Positions 41,642 through 56,600 of a stretch of DNA of 64,000 nt are shown here, piece by piece (position 1 is the first letter of the stretch; the number at the start of each line of letters is the position of its first letter). The notes under the pieces were generated by a model, which saw only the letters and a list, made by a program, of their open reading frames with translations, searched no databases and was not told where the DNA came from. Both the position numbers and the translations under genes were made by a program. Source of the stretch: an uncultured Christensenella sp. (GTDB lineage: Bacteria > Bacillota > Clostridia > Christensenellales > UBA1242); the NCBI GenBank assembly GCA_949290565.1, contig CASESH010000004.1, positions 9,877 through 73,876 on the forward strand, read 5' to 3'.

Positions 41642-44600
41642 AATAATAGATACAATAATGTTTACGTGTATCTTGCTTTTTCGTACTCTCAAAATGAGGT
41701 GGTTGAAGTCTTAGATAATGGAAATACCAGAGTTAAGACTTCAACTAGCACCTTTGATATTAGACCGGATGGTAGTTATATTGTATATATTCAAGATGGT
41801 AAAGAGTCTAAGGTGGACTTAAAAGTTACTTTTGAAAATGAACCAAAAGATTTTACATATAAAGCAAATGTTTCATCTTCGGTTGAAATTGTTAATGTAA
41901 GTAATTCTAATTTAAAAATAGAAAACGGGGTTATTTACTCTTTATCTTTTTATAAAGAAGGCGAAACTCAAATTACGGCATTAAACTATGATTCGGGCAA
42001 ATCAAACTCTATTTTTGTTGAAGTTGTAAATGTTGAAAGCAATTTTAACTTTATAAATTCTAATATTGCCTTAGCAAAAATAGATGGTTTATCTATTAAT
42101 TTTAACAACGAGATTGATATTTCAAGCGATTTAGTTACCTTTGATTTTGGTAGTTTTAATGATGTTAATGATTTTGTTCTATTTACAAATGAACTTATTG
42201 AAAACGGATTAAACTATAATACTCAAACTAATACTTTAACCTTATTAAATTCTAATATTTTGAATTTAGATAATATTGTTGTTAGGGCAACTTATATTAA
42301 TCCAATAGGAGATAATATTGTAAAATATGTAACAATAGATATTATACCTACTATTGAAAATATTGAGGTTTATAACGGTTCTTCTTATACAGATGCAAAA
42401 AATTCTCTTAATAGAATTGATTCAAGTTTAGATTTTGTTGTTACAATTTCGGGAAATAATTATGATTATAGAGATATTGTTTTAAAAGTTGAATCTAATG
42501 GAGAGAACATAGTTTTTGATTTCGTTGAAGATACTCTTTTCCCATTTGAAGTTTTACAACCTAATAAAGAAGTTGTTTATGAAAGTGAAGACAACGTGGT
42601 TGTTGATAATTATCAGAATGCAAAATATACCTATGTTTTTTATAGATTAAAAAGTATAAAGAGTACAACTACTGATGAATATGTAAATAATTTATATACA
42701 CTTAAAATTTCTTGTAATTACCAAGATTATGAGGTTCCCACATATCCAATTTACAAGGAAATTCAAACAAAATGTTATGCTTTAATTAAGAATTTTTGGA
42801 TTAATGACAATGGAAACAGTAATGTTTATTTAACTTTTGACAAAAATAATTTCTCAAATTTTTTAAATAGTTACAGTGATTATTTTTTAAATGAAAACGT
42901 TTATACAAGAACTAGTGATGAACTTAATGGAAAATCTTTTAAGATTGATGTGAAAGATAATAGTGTTTTAGAAGAAAACACTAGTTTTACTATTGAGTTT
43001 TATAAAGATAATTCTATTTTAGTTAATCCTACTTATTATTTTGATATTCATTATACAGATAATGAGGGAAATGTTTTAAAAATAAACAATGATAACGAAC
43101 TGTCAACAAAAATTTTTAATAAAGGCACAACTTTATATTTAAAAACTACATATGATAATGTTGATTCAACAAATAATGTTTTTTATATGATTGTTAGGGC
43201 AACTAAACCAGATAATATTTCAAGGCAAGCCGTTACAGTTGTTAAACTAAATGTTGTAGAAGGTTTAGAGAGTATTGACAATTTTAATTATTCATATTTT
43301 AGTTACAAACAAGATGGAAATGGAGATTATGAAGTTGGTGAAGATGATCAATTTATAGTAGAAGAAAATATTTCTCAAAATATTTCTTTTAATAATTTTA
43401 TTGCTCAGGAAGAAATTGAACTTAATTATGAATTACATAAAAATAAGTATTCAATAGTTAATTTTAGTTATACTCCACAACAAGCGAGTTTAGAAAATGT
43501 AAAAGTTTTTTCTTCAAATGATGAAATCTTTGAAGTTGATGATAGTTCTCTTGAAAGTGGGAAAATTGGTATTATTGTTAGGTCTTCTGGTAAAGCAGAT
43601 CTTATAATAAAAATAGATAGTATTTTATATGAATATGTTTTACCAATAAATATTTATACTCCTGTTCAAGAGTTTAATTTATATTTAATGGAAGATAGTT
43701 ATGAAGACGGCGTAGGACAAATTGTTACAGAAGAATTTAATACAATAAATGCTATTGTTCAGAATATGAAAGTATTCAATTTGCAAACATATATTTTCCC
43801 ATATAATGCTAATAATTTTGAAACACAGTATAATCTTTATCGCGTTGAAGGAGAAAATTTAATTAATATTGGTTCTTATTCTTTAAATTCAAATCAAAAT
43901 TATGAAATTTATGATAATGATTTTTATTTAAATTGTATTTCAAAATCCTTCCGTTTTTTAAATGATGAAAATGTAGATAGAAAGTATATTATTGAAGTAA
44001 TTCTTATTAATTTAAATGGGAGTCAAATAAAACGACAAATTGAAATTTCATCTTATAATCGTATTGAAAGTTTAAATATATTCACTAATAAGGTTGAAAT
44101 TAATAATCCTAATAATATTTACTATTTAGATAAGGTCCAAAGTATAGACGATATTATAAATAATAGTATTGATGACCCAAGCGTATTTAATATTTCAGTG
44201 CAAGACTTTGGAAATCCAACTTTTAGTTTCGAAGATTTTGCAACACTAGAAATTTGGATGCAAAATATTAAACTTAGTGAGTATTCATTACAAGATGGAA
44301 GACTTAATCAAGTTTATTCAATTGAAAATAATTGTATCTCGGCATTAAGTCTAGATAGTTTCAATAACGCTTATTGGTTTAGACTTAATGAAAATTATTC
44401 ATTACAGGGTGCAAGTATTGTAATTAAAGTTTATATTAATGAATTTAATGAAATTATTCAATCACAAGCAACTATTTCAGTTAGTGATTTGGTTGAAGTT
44501 TCATCTATTAAGTCTAATTCTGATGAAATTATTCATTTAAAGCAAGGTATAAATACATCTCAAACAATTAATTTGACTGTCAATAATGAAGAAGCCTATA

Positions 44601-47600
44601 ACAAATCTATTTTAACAAAAGATTTGTTTATGATGAATATTGATGGAAACTACTACTATGTACTAGAAGATGAAAGTTCAAATAATTATATAAATTCTTT
44701 AATTACGAATAATAATATAAACTATACATTTAATGTTGAAATCGCAGGTTTATTTTTTGGACAAATAGTTACAATTTTTATGCCGGAAGATAAAATTAAT
44801 TCACTTAACGATTATCAAGATTGGAACAATTATAGTTATACACAAGTTGATATTACACAAGATGATTTTATAAGCGGTTTATTTTATTATAATGATAATG
44901 ATAAATTTGTTCTAGAAGATGAATTTAATGTAAATGCTCAATATTTTGTTAGAAGTGTTGATTTTGATAAAATTATTAATTTATTTAAGGAAACATTTTT
45001 TATACAGTTTGTCATTTCAGATGGCGAGAATATTCCTTTTTATGTAACTTCTTTTAGTGACTTACAAGAGATTAATACAAATTCTAATCTTGCAAATAAA
45101 AATTTTATTTTAGCAAAAGATATTTCTTTGCAAGATATTAATTGGCAACCAATAGGAAATTATTATGTTGTTCAATTAGACCAAACAAGTTTTGAACCAG
45201 ATGTTTATTATATTAAACAAGACAGTAACTATGTAATTGCTAACGAGTATGATAGTGAAGAAGTTTATTATTCTTATGGATTTAATGGTTCTCTTTCTGG
45301 CAAATATTCTATACTAAGTGCTGATGGTAGTGTTATAGAAAATTATTATAAAATTACTAATATTAAATCAAATCTTACTATTAACAATACTTATGTAGGT
45401 TTGTTTACCAACTTAGGACAAGACTGTGTAATTAGTGATTTAATTCTTGAATTTGATGCTTTCCAATTAAGCGATAAACAACTTACAAGAGATTTGATTT
45501 TTGGTGGAATTGCTGCTGTTAATTATGGTAAATTAGAAAACGTTGAAATTAAATTTAATGAACTTAGATTAACCTCAAATTACAACATCACTTTTGGAGG
45601 AGTGGTTGGTCTTAATTATGGTTATATTTTAAATGTAAATAGTAACAAATCTCATATTTTAGATGGAAGTATTTATGTTACTTCTAATAATGCTGATGCT
45701 AGTGTTATCGTTGGTGGTTATGTTGGTAGAAATTATGGAACTATACAGGGTATATATACAGATGAAAACGATATACAATTCTCATTTGTTGACCAAACAA
45801 GTAACTTAAATTTAAATATAAATGTTGAAACTAAAAATATTGGTGACAATCCAACTGACAAACAAATGATAGGTGGTGTTGCAGGCTTTTCTACCGGAAT
45901 TATTAAAGGTATGGTAGTTGAAGGTAATATTGTTGCATCTAATACAAATAATGTCGGTGGACTTGTTGGATTTTTAACAACTTCTAATCAAGATGAACAA
46001 AATTTAAATTATTCAATTCAAAATAGTTATTCGTCCCTTTATGTTACAGGTTACTCATATGTTGGTGGAGCAATTGGCAGAGTTGAGGGGTTTGAATTAA
46101 ACAATGTCAATATATATAACATTTCGAGTGAAAATTACGTTACTTTGTATCAATCAAGAACCTACATTAAAGGAAATAATTTTGTAGGTGGGCTGATTGG
46201 TTATTCAAATTATGCTAAAATTGAATATAGTTATGTCGTGAGTTATTATGATTGTAATTTATTAGATTTAAATTCAAATAAAGAAAGTGTAAACTATGAT
46301 ATTGTTGGCAATGAATACGTTTCTAGTTTTATTGCTTATAGTTTGAATAATATTATTAATAAGAGTGCTTCTTATATAAATATTTTTGGAAAGGCTTATA
46401 CTAGTGCTTTTATTTCGTTTAATTCGGATTCTCAAATTGATAGTATTTTCTATATAGGTTCTATATATTGTTCAACTATTCAAGGAGAAGAATCATTTAA
46501 TAACAATTCTTATTATGTTATTTATGACATAGATAAAAATAGCATAAGTCAGTCTTATTCAAAAGATGTTGTTGGCGATTTTTGGGCTGTAAATGATGAT
46601 ATAAATAATGGGTTACCATATTTAGTGTTCAAAGATAGCAAAAAAATTCTTTTTGCTACCGGTAAAATTAAAGTTGATGCTTTTGTAAAAGAAGTTGAGT
46701 TGTCATATACAAATTACATAAAAGTTAATGACCACACCTTGTTCTTGTTTTATAATTATGATAGCACTAACGAATATACAATAGATGTTTTGGATTTACT
46801 TAATACAATTCATATACAAGATTTTATTGATATTGATGTTAATATTTTAACAGACAAAACTTCAAGGTTTAATTTGTCTAGCACTAATGATAAAGTTATT
46901 TCAATTTTAGATAATGGTTATTTAAAGATTAATGGTATTGGTAGGGTTACTTTAACAATCTCATCAAAATTAAATTCTAATTATAGTGTTTCATTGGAAG
47001 TTAATGTCATATATGGTATTAGTGATATTGAATTATACGCCGATACAATGTTACTTGATTATGAAAAAGAACAAGAAGTTTTAATATTGAAGAAATCTGT
47101 TAATCAAAATTTAGATTTAGATATTTCTTATAATAGAAATATACAAAATAATGATTATAATTTACAACCAAACAATAATCAAATTGGTGTAAGATTTATT
47201 ATTAAAAATGATGATAATTTAAAGAATATTTTAAACCAAGTTTCCCAAACATCAGGAAGCGTTGATATTAATAGTCTGCTTAAAATGAATGCCGATAATT
47301 TATGGATTTTGGACCAAGATTATTATTATGTAGATATTACAAATTTCAATTTGTATATAAATCCAACTTTAAGTTTTGAAGGCGAGTTATCTATTTATTA
47401 TATTCCTTATATTGTTGAAAGTTACAATAATAAAAATTTTCTAACTTTGATTAGTAGTTTTGAAAATCCTAAATACTTTAATATTCAAATTATTGATGGT
47501 GCAAAAGAAATTATTTTTGAAAACAGTGTAGGTTCAACTGTTCAAATAAACCAAATACAAAATTTTGTTTTAACAGTTACAATAATGACAGACTATGAAG

Positions 47601-50600
47601 ATGAGGAAATTGTAACTAATTTGGAAATTCTAAAAGCCCAAGATGAAAACTTTGGATGTAGAGAAGGCAATTTAGTTAAAAATTATAATGTTGATGGAAA
47701 TATTATTTCTGTTTCAAAAACTTATACTTTTTGGTACCAAGACAAAGTTAATTCCATTTTGGAAGCAAAAGAATATAAAATTAGTTTTTGGTCAAATTCA
47801 AGATTTTCGGAAACAACTAAAAAAGAACTTGTTTTGAGAATTGAGGGGTATGATAAATTAGATTATATTAGTGCTCAAATTTATTCTGATGGAGAAAGTG
47901 ATTTTCCTCACGAACAAAGTATAAATAAAATAGTTTATAATAATGGTAAAAGCGCAATCTTAGCCTTAGAAGTTTATCCTTATTTTGTTGATTATTCTAA
48001 AATTAGGATTTCTTATACAACAAGTTCTGCAATGTCTTTATCTATTACTCAGTTAAAATATAACATACAGGGTACGGGAGATAAGTTTACTATTAATACT
48101 GATTCAGGAGCATATATTGACCAAAATAATAATTTGATTATTGAAAAATCTTCAGCACAAGATACATATCAATTTAATACTAATGGAATTTATTCTTATA
48201 GTAAATCATATTTCTTTGCTTTGTTAGTTTCAAGTTCGGTGCCTAATAATACAGTTTATAATTTAAAGTTTGAGTTTATAAATAGATTAGGACAAATAAT
48301 TAAGGAACAATCAATTTCTTTCTCTACAATGACTAAATCGTTGTTAAACCTTTCGTTCAATCAAGAACTTAAACAAAACAATTCTTTATATGTAAATTCA
48401 AATAATGAATATTACTATTTACCTTTTAATACAAAACATGAGATATTTGTAGATACAATAGTAAAGTATGACTATATTAATTGGGAAGTTTCTTCAACTG
48501 ATTATGACTTGAATGCGGTTGAAAAAGAGGCTTTGACACCTGTATTTGAAAATAATAAGTGGTATGTTAATGTTATGAACTTTGGAACATCTGCTGTTAA
48601 GACTAATACTGATTTAATTGGAAAGACTATTAATTTAACTGCAACCATTGATGATAGTTATCCTGTTGACCCTTGTACTATAACTTTTGTTGTAACTCTT
48701 TTTACTATTACTGATATTAGCGTTTTGTATGAAGAAGATGGTTATTTATTATTAGAAAATAATACTACTAATCCTCTTAAAGTTAATGTTGATGTCGAGT
48801 ATGATTTAGGATTAACAAGTAGTTCTAATAATTGGTACACAACTTGGTATAATACTAATAAAGATAATAAAGAAGATAGTTTATACAACAATATTGTTAA
48901 TGCTGGTTACAATGTAGAGCAATCAATTTTAGATTATATTAGTTTCATAGAAGAAAAAATAGCAAAAACTAATTATAGACCGATAGAGAGCGGTAATAAA
49001 CAATCTGGTATATTTATTTATAAAAGTAACTTAGATGGAAACGATGAGTATTTAACAGCCGGGAAATTGTATAATAATGGTGCGTTTGAAGTCGAAAATT
49101 ATAACAATTTTATTGCTTTAAGTGGACTAAAAGATAATGTAAATACAAATCTTAAATTGTTAGTTTATTTAAGTTATTCTGTGAATTCAGATAATGCAAC
49201 ATCAAGTGGACTTGCTAACGTGGAAAATTATAACGTAACTTTCTCACAAAATAGAAATCCTTTTGTTTTTGAAAAAGATTTTACTGTAAACTTTTATAAC
49301 TCTATTAATTATCAAAACTCAATTCCTGTTTCAAATGCAGAAGAATTTTTGGGTATGGCTGATGCAAATAATGATGAGTCTTATAGATTAATTTGTGATA
49401 TTTATTTGGAAAATTATTCTCCAATAAATGCTAATATGTATAATTTTGATGGTAATGGATTTACAATTTACATAACTAGTTTTGATACAGTCTTAGAAGA
49501 AGATGAAACACTAGTTCTTGGTTTGTTTAATAATATTAGTGAAGATACGTTAATTTCAAATTTAAATGTTTACTATACTAGAAATGTAAATATACAAAAT
49601 AATACCATTACAAATGAAACTAATATCAAACCTGTGGGAGATGAAATAAAAGTTAACATTAATACTCCAAATACAATTTATTTTGGTGGAATGGCAAGAA
49701 TAAATAATGGTATAATCACAAATTGTAAGCTTAGTGGGAATATAAATGTTTCAGTTTTAGAAAACTATTATGCTAATGTAAACGTAGGTGGCTTTGTTTA
49801 TTCTAATAGTGAAACAGGTTACATTACTTACTCAAAAGTTGAAGGTTTTAATATCACTTGTTATGGTTCCTCAGGAGGATTTGTTGCAGAAAATAGAGGA
49901 AAAATAGTTTCTTGTTCTTTTAGTCAAAGTAGTTTAAAAAATCTTTCGGTTGGTAATGTCGGTGCATTTGTTCTAAATAACTACGCAGAAATTTATGAGT
50001 CATTTACTGAGGGCAGTAGATTAGAAAGCGATGTTGATATTAGAAATAAGGGGCAAGGGATTTCTTCAAATGGTGGTAAAGTTGGAGGATTTGCATATTA
50101 TAATAATTCTATTATAAATGATTGTTACTCTAATATTTCTCTTTCTTCTTCTCTTGATACGGCAGGTTTTGTTTACCTGGATTCTGCTTCTAGCGTAATT
50201 TCTAGATGTTATTCAATTTGCTATAATGAGGTTAGTTTAACTTCTTCTGGTGGATATTCTTCTAATGCTTTTCCATTTGTTGGACCTGCAAGTGAGTTCT
50301 TACCAAAAGTAGTTGTAAATGGGAATTTAATAAACTGTTATTATCTAATTGGAAATGAGTCTGATTGGAGAAGTCAAATTTTCTATGATAGTCAAACTAG
50401 TGAGGTGGCAACAACAAATCCAAATAAAAAAGCTACCGGTTTATCTTTTGATGATTTCGCAACTCATAAGAGTTTTATTAATTATGATTTGTCCTTAGTT
50501 TACTCGACTGATTTATATCCTAATACTATTTCCTTTAATTATGTTGATGGTTACACTTGGGTTATTATTGAAGGTAAACCTGTTTTGGCTTCAAGTCTTG

Positions 50601-53600
50601 TGGAGACTTTTAGTCAACAAAGGTATATTGGAAAAGTAAAAAACTATTCTGCTAATGAACTAAGATTTTATTCTTCAAATGACTACAATCTTGTAATTGG
50701 TACTCCTTCTCAAATTGGAGTTGGACAAAATGCAATAACTAGAGTTAATTATTATGCTGACCAGTCCCAACAAGATTTAGTTTTTACAACTCATACTAGT
50801 GATTACTTTAAAACTATTACATTTACTTTCTATTCTAGAAATAATTTTGAAGAATTATCTATTGTTTGCGATATAAAATTTGATGAAGAAAATCAGAAGA
50901 ATTATTTGTCAGCCAGGAACGCTGAGTATGGGAATGAAGTTAAGAAAATTCTTGATGTGATGGTTGAAGAAAATGGCGTCATTACAAATGTGGATTCTAA
51001 TTTTAGAGCAAATGATACCATAGTAATTTCATTTAATCAGGATAAAATGTTAATTGAAAACATTAATTATAAGGAATTGTTAAGTGCTTCATATAATTAT
51101 GCTAATTATATTCCTAATATTTCAAATTTACCTGGAAGTAGAACAAATCCTGAGATAATTTATGATTTGACTTCTTTTGAAAGTAAATTATCTTCAAATA
51201 CCGAAGGTAAATTTTATAGATTAGTTAGCGATATTGATTTGGAAAAAAAGTTTGTTTCTACAATTGGGACGAGTTTTAAAGGAGTTTTACAGGGCAACTA
51301 TATGGAAATAGATAACTTATCTATACCATATTTAAGTAATGTTGTAACAGATAATGTTGATAAACAATCCTTTGGTCTTTTTGCTGAAATTTCGGTTGCA
51401 AATGAAAGGTCTTTTAATACTGTAATTTCAAACTTACAACTTAACATAAATGAAGTGATTTCATCTATTCATAACTATGTTGGCGGACTTGCCGGAAAGA
51501 TAGATTCAAGACAGGAAAATGGAATAAGTAATTCTACTCAAAGAATATTCTTAAACAACATTACCATTAATGGTGTTGAAGGTAGTAATAAAATTGTTCA
51601 GGGTAGAAATGCAGTTGGCGGACTCGCTGGTATTGCAATAGGGAATGTTATTATAAAAAATATAACCTCAAATATTAATGTAAATTCAAGTTATGATGAG
51701 TCAAAAAATTCCGTTAAAAATATGTTGTACATTTCCTATTCAATGCAGACAAACGACCAAGTTCAAGAACAAGAAAAATCTCAAAATTACAAAAATATTT
51801 CTTACGCCGGTGGCGTAATTGGTATTTTTGATGCAGTCAAGGTTGTTGACCCTGCAACTCAAAGAAATTATAATGCTTCTAACATTTATGTAATGGGAAA
51901 TAATAAATATACCGGAAATATTGTTGGTATGGCTTTTGGACTTGTTGGTTCTCAGTCAATAGTTAATTATGTTAATGTTGAGGTTTATAGTAGTGATTCT
52001 ACTAAGATTAATGCTTCAAGTTATGGTGGTGGAATAATTGGGGAAAATAGAGGAGTAGTTATATCATCATCAGTATTCTATGCTGATGAGAATAATGAAA
52101 ATAACAATATTGCCATTTCAACATATCAAAGTTACAACTTATTTAATTCCCAGTACAACTCAATGGCTATTGGTGGTTTAGTTGGTTTAAATAATGGCGG
52201 TATCATATACAATTCAATTTCAAGCATTTTTGTTAGAAATATTAACTCTACTGTTGCAGGTGGTGCAGTTGGTAGAATGATTGAAGGTGTTTTACAAAAT
52301 GTTATTGCTACCGGTTCTGTTATAGGTAAATCTATTATTGGTGGTTTAATTGGGACATTGAATGATATTGATATTTTAGTTGATAACAACTATAATTCTT
52401 TATCTCTTATAAATATTAATGATTTAATTTATGAAGAAATAACAGGAAGTAGTCTAGGTTTGAAGACAAAGGCTTTAATTGCAAATTGTGTTGCTGGAAA
52501 TAATTGGCTTTCCTATGATTATAATTATTATGAAAATTTGTTAGTTATAGACAAAACTGCTGTAAGTGGATTCATAGGCTTAATTTCGATGTATTCATCA
52601 ACAGATGATTTTAATGAAAGTAGTTTAGATAAAATTGAATTTAGGTCACATAGTTACTATTCTAATACCCTATATTCAAATTATAATAGTTATACAAACG
52701 CTGATAAATATTTAAAGGCAAGTTATGTTTCTAAGGATTTAGATTATGTAAATACTAATATGATATACAAGCCTCTTATATTGAAAGATAGTTCGGGTTT
52801 ACAAACTGTATTTCCTTATTCAACTAGTGAATTTTATTATGATAGTATTTCAACTAATGTTTATTATGAAATAAAGGGTGAAAAGAATCCGAATTATAAA
52901 ATTTCTACTACTGTTGAGGGTGATTATTATGCTAGAAAAATTTATTCTATAAAAGTTGTAAATCCTGTATCATTACAAAATCAAGATAGTTTTTATAAAT
53001 TAATTGATATGTCTCTATGGAATACTGAATATCAATATAGAGATTATACTTGGTTTATAAATAGATTTGGTAAGATTTACAAAAATATAGAAGGTCAATA
53101 TGTTGAAATTAAAAACGAAAAAGAGTTTAATGATTTCTATGTAGCAAATGATGATATTTATCCAAATGTTTACTTCATTTCAAACATTAATCTAGATAAA
53201 CTTTCTTTTGAACAGGAATATTTATATTCTACAAACGATATTATCTTGTATGGTGAAAGCGATGAAGTTTTAATTGAATTTGATACACTTGAACAACTAA
53301 AAGCACAAACAAATGTTTATCTTAATGGAATTAATTTTGAGATAGATTTCACTAATGCAAGTGCATCCGATGAAAGTTTTGTTGAAGATAGTGTTTGTGA
53401 ATATGTTTTTGACATTAAGTTTAATTTACCAAATTTAGGATATGTAAGCAATATTAGTATCAAAGTAAGAAGAAATGTTGGCGTGGGTTATGAATATTAC
53501 ACCATTGATAGCGTGAAACTTACAAATGTTTATGAAAATATTGATGAAATTTCTTCTATTTCAATGGATGCCCAAGATGATGGTAATGTGATAAATCAAT

Positions 53601-56600
53601 ATTATGGATTTGTTTCAAATACTGATAATATTTATACTGAATTTGTATTTAAAATTTTAACAAAAAAATTAATTTACTCTGCTTATAATAACAATTATTG
53701 GATTTTTGGTGATAATTTCTTGTCAAGTAGTTCTATGACAATGGATAAATATCCGGTGAATATTGAACTTGCTGAAAATTATATTTGGACTGATTTTAGA
53801 AGTAATAAAAATTTGGTGGATGATGATATTGATGATGATGGAGAATTAGAAAAAGTATATTCTATTACTAGTGCCGAAGATTTATCTCAACTAGCATATC
53901 TTGTTAATGAAACAGATTGGATAAATAGTGACATTTTAAATGGTACAATAAATATAGAAGACGTTGTTATTACTTTAAATGCAGACATTGATTTAAGTGG
54001 AAAATATTGGGTGCCTATTGGAACCGAAGATAGTCCATTTAGATACAAATTTGAAGGAAATGGCTATACAATAAAATATATTTCAGTAAATAAAAATTCT
54101 TTTGCTTCTAATGGAAATGTAAATTATGCCGGATTATTTGGAGTAATTCAAGATGCTGAGATTTGTAACCTAACAATTCAGGGCGGAGAAATTAATTGGT
54201 TAAATGCTGGTGGACTTGTTGGTAAAGCAATAGATAGTAATATTTACAATATTATTAATAGAAATAATGTTAATGGTATTGCTATTGCAGGGGGAATAAT
54301 TGGAGAAAGTCAAAATTCTAGTATTTTTAATTGTATAAATTATGCTGATGTTTCAATCTCCCAACAAATTGGTATAAATAGTTCATATATAGGTGGTTTA
54401 GTTGGTAAGGCCAATATGGGTAATTTTGGTTACAGTGAGGGGTTAGATGGCGAACAAACTAATTTTGTAAATACAAATTATGGGAATTTAAATATTAGTA
54501 ATAATTTAAATAACTATGTGGTAAATGATTTATATGATATTTATGCTGGCGGTTTGATTGGGTTAGCAACTGATGTCAAAGTTGGAATTTTAGATTCGGC
54601 AATAGAAACAAATAACAACACTAATAATTATCATACTAACTATGGTTCTATAAATGTAAATTCTAATAGCCATACTTTATATGTTGGTGGAGTAATAGGT
54701 TATTTCGCTAACCAAAATAATTTAGGTGAAAAGATTTCTCTTTATAAATTAAGAAATAATGGAGATATTAATGTAGTTTATTCTAATATTGATAGTGATG
54801 TTTCTTCTGAGAATGTTATTGATAATGTTGTATCTATTTCAGCAATAGGTGGTGTGCTTGGTGGGAGTGAAGTAGATTTTAATAAACTAGCAAATTTAGG
54901 TAATATCAATCTTGATATGATTACTATTAGTGATGGAATTTTAGGAGTTGGTGGAGTTGCTGGTAAGATAAATAATTTAAAAGGGCAGTTGTTGACTTTT
55001 ACTGAAAACTACAATAGTGCTAATGTTAATGTCTCTTCAACGGGAAATACAACTTTTGGTGTTGGAGGTATTATTGGAAGTATTGATTTAAGTTTGTACG
55101 ATAATTCACAAGTTTTCGAACAAAATATAATTGCTTATGTTAAGGATAGTTATAATATAGGAAATATTACTTCAAATAATAACAGTCAAACTTCGTTAGG
55201 CGGAATTATTGGTAATGTTTTAACTGATGATGAATATTCTAAAACTATAATTCAAAATACTTTAAATATTGGTTATGCTACCATTTACAATATTGATAGT
55301 AAACAAGAAGCAAACTCTCTTGGAGCAATTATTGGTAATGACAATTCTATACTTTTATCAAATCCATATGCTAATGAAAATCCAGAAAATCCAGGAGATT
55401 ATGTAAGTAAAGACTTAAATAACTTTTATTTAAGAGGTTCAGCATACAGTGGGAATGTTCTTTATACAGCACTATGTGCCTTTAATAATGGTAGATATGA
55501 ATTGGTTGAAGATATTTCAACTTTTGCAATGACTAGAATTTCAGACAACTTAAAAAATTTAACTACTTTTATTTCATCCGTTAGTAGTGAAGATGGAGAA
55601 GTTGAATATGTTTGGGATTTTGACAATGTTTGGACTCAAATGTATGATACTTGGTATCCAACACTAATTGATAATAATTCGACCTCTTATTGGGAAGATA
55701 AATTAGAGCAAGTTTATTCTTCTACTAATTATTATCAAATTAATAGTGCTATGGAACTTTCATATATAGCAAACCAAATTAATACAGGTAAATTAGATTC
55801 TTATGGAAAAGTTTTTGAGTTAACTAACTATATTGACTTGTCAAATAACTATTGGACTCCTATTGGAAATGAAAAATATCCTTTCGAGGGAACTTTCAAT
55901 GGAAACAATTATACTATAAAAAATTTAACCATTGATGGCAGTATAATGTCTAATAATATTTATGGTGGTTTGTTTGGTTATGTAGAAAACGCTGTAATTC
56001 AAAATATAAATTTAGTTTCTCCTATAATTAAAAATGTTTCATATGCTGGTGCTCTTGCTTATAGCGTTGTAAATAGTAAAATTTCTTATGTTTATACTGA
56101 AAAGGGTGAAAGTAATAATTCTATTATTCAAGGCAATTTAGGTGCTGGTGGATTAATTTACTTACTCAAAGATTCTAATTATACTGTTAATAATTTAGTT
56201 GTTAATAAGGGGCTATATTTATCTTATAATAACGTTCCTGTTAGTAGAAATACTTCTATTGATACAACTTGTATTGTTGGTGGATTAGTTGGTAGTTTAG
56301 AGAATTCACTTATAAGCAACAGTTATAATAGTTATGAAGCAGTTGTGACTATAAAAAATGTTTCAGGTAATGTTACCCTTGAAGGTGTTACAATTGCTGG
56401 TTCAATAGATCAATCTAGTGATATTGAAAATGTATTCAATATTTCTACAATGGTTAATCAACAAACCGAAAGTGGTGAAACTAATAATATTACTCCTGCG
56501 ATTTTTGAAATGAAAGAGAACGATAAGGGGGTAAAACAATTAAAAATTAAAGAAACAAATTACGAACCAATTTTTGATAATTTATTAGATTCTACACAAG

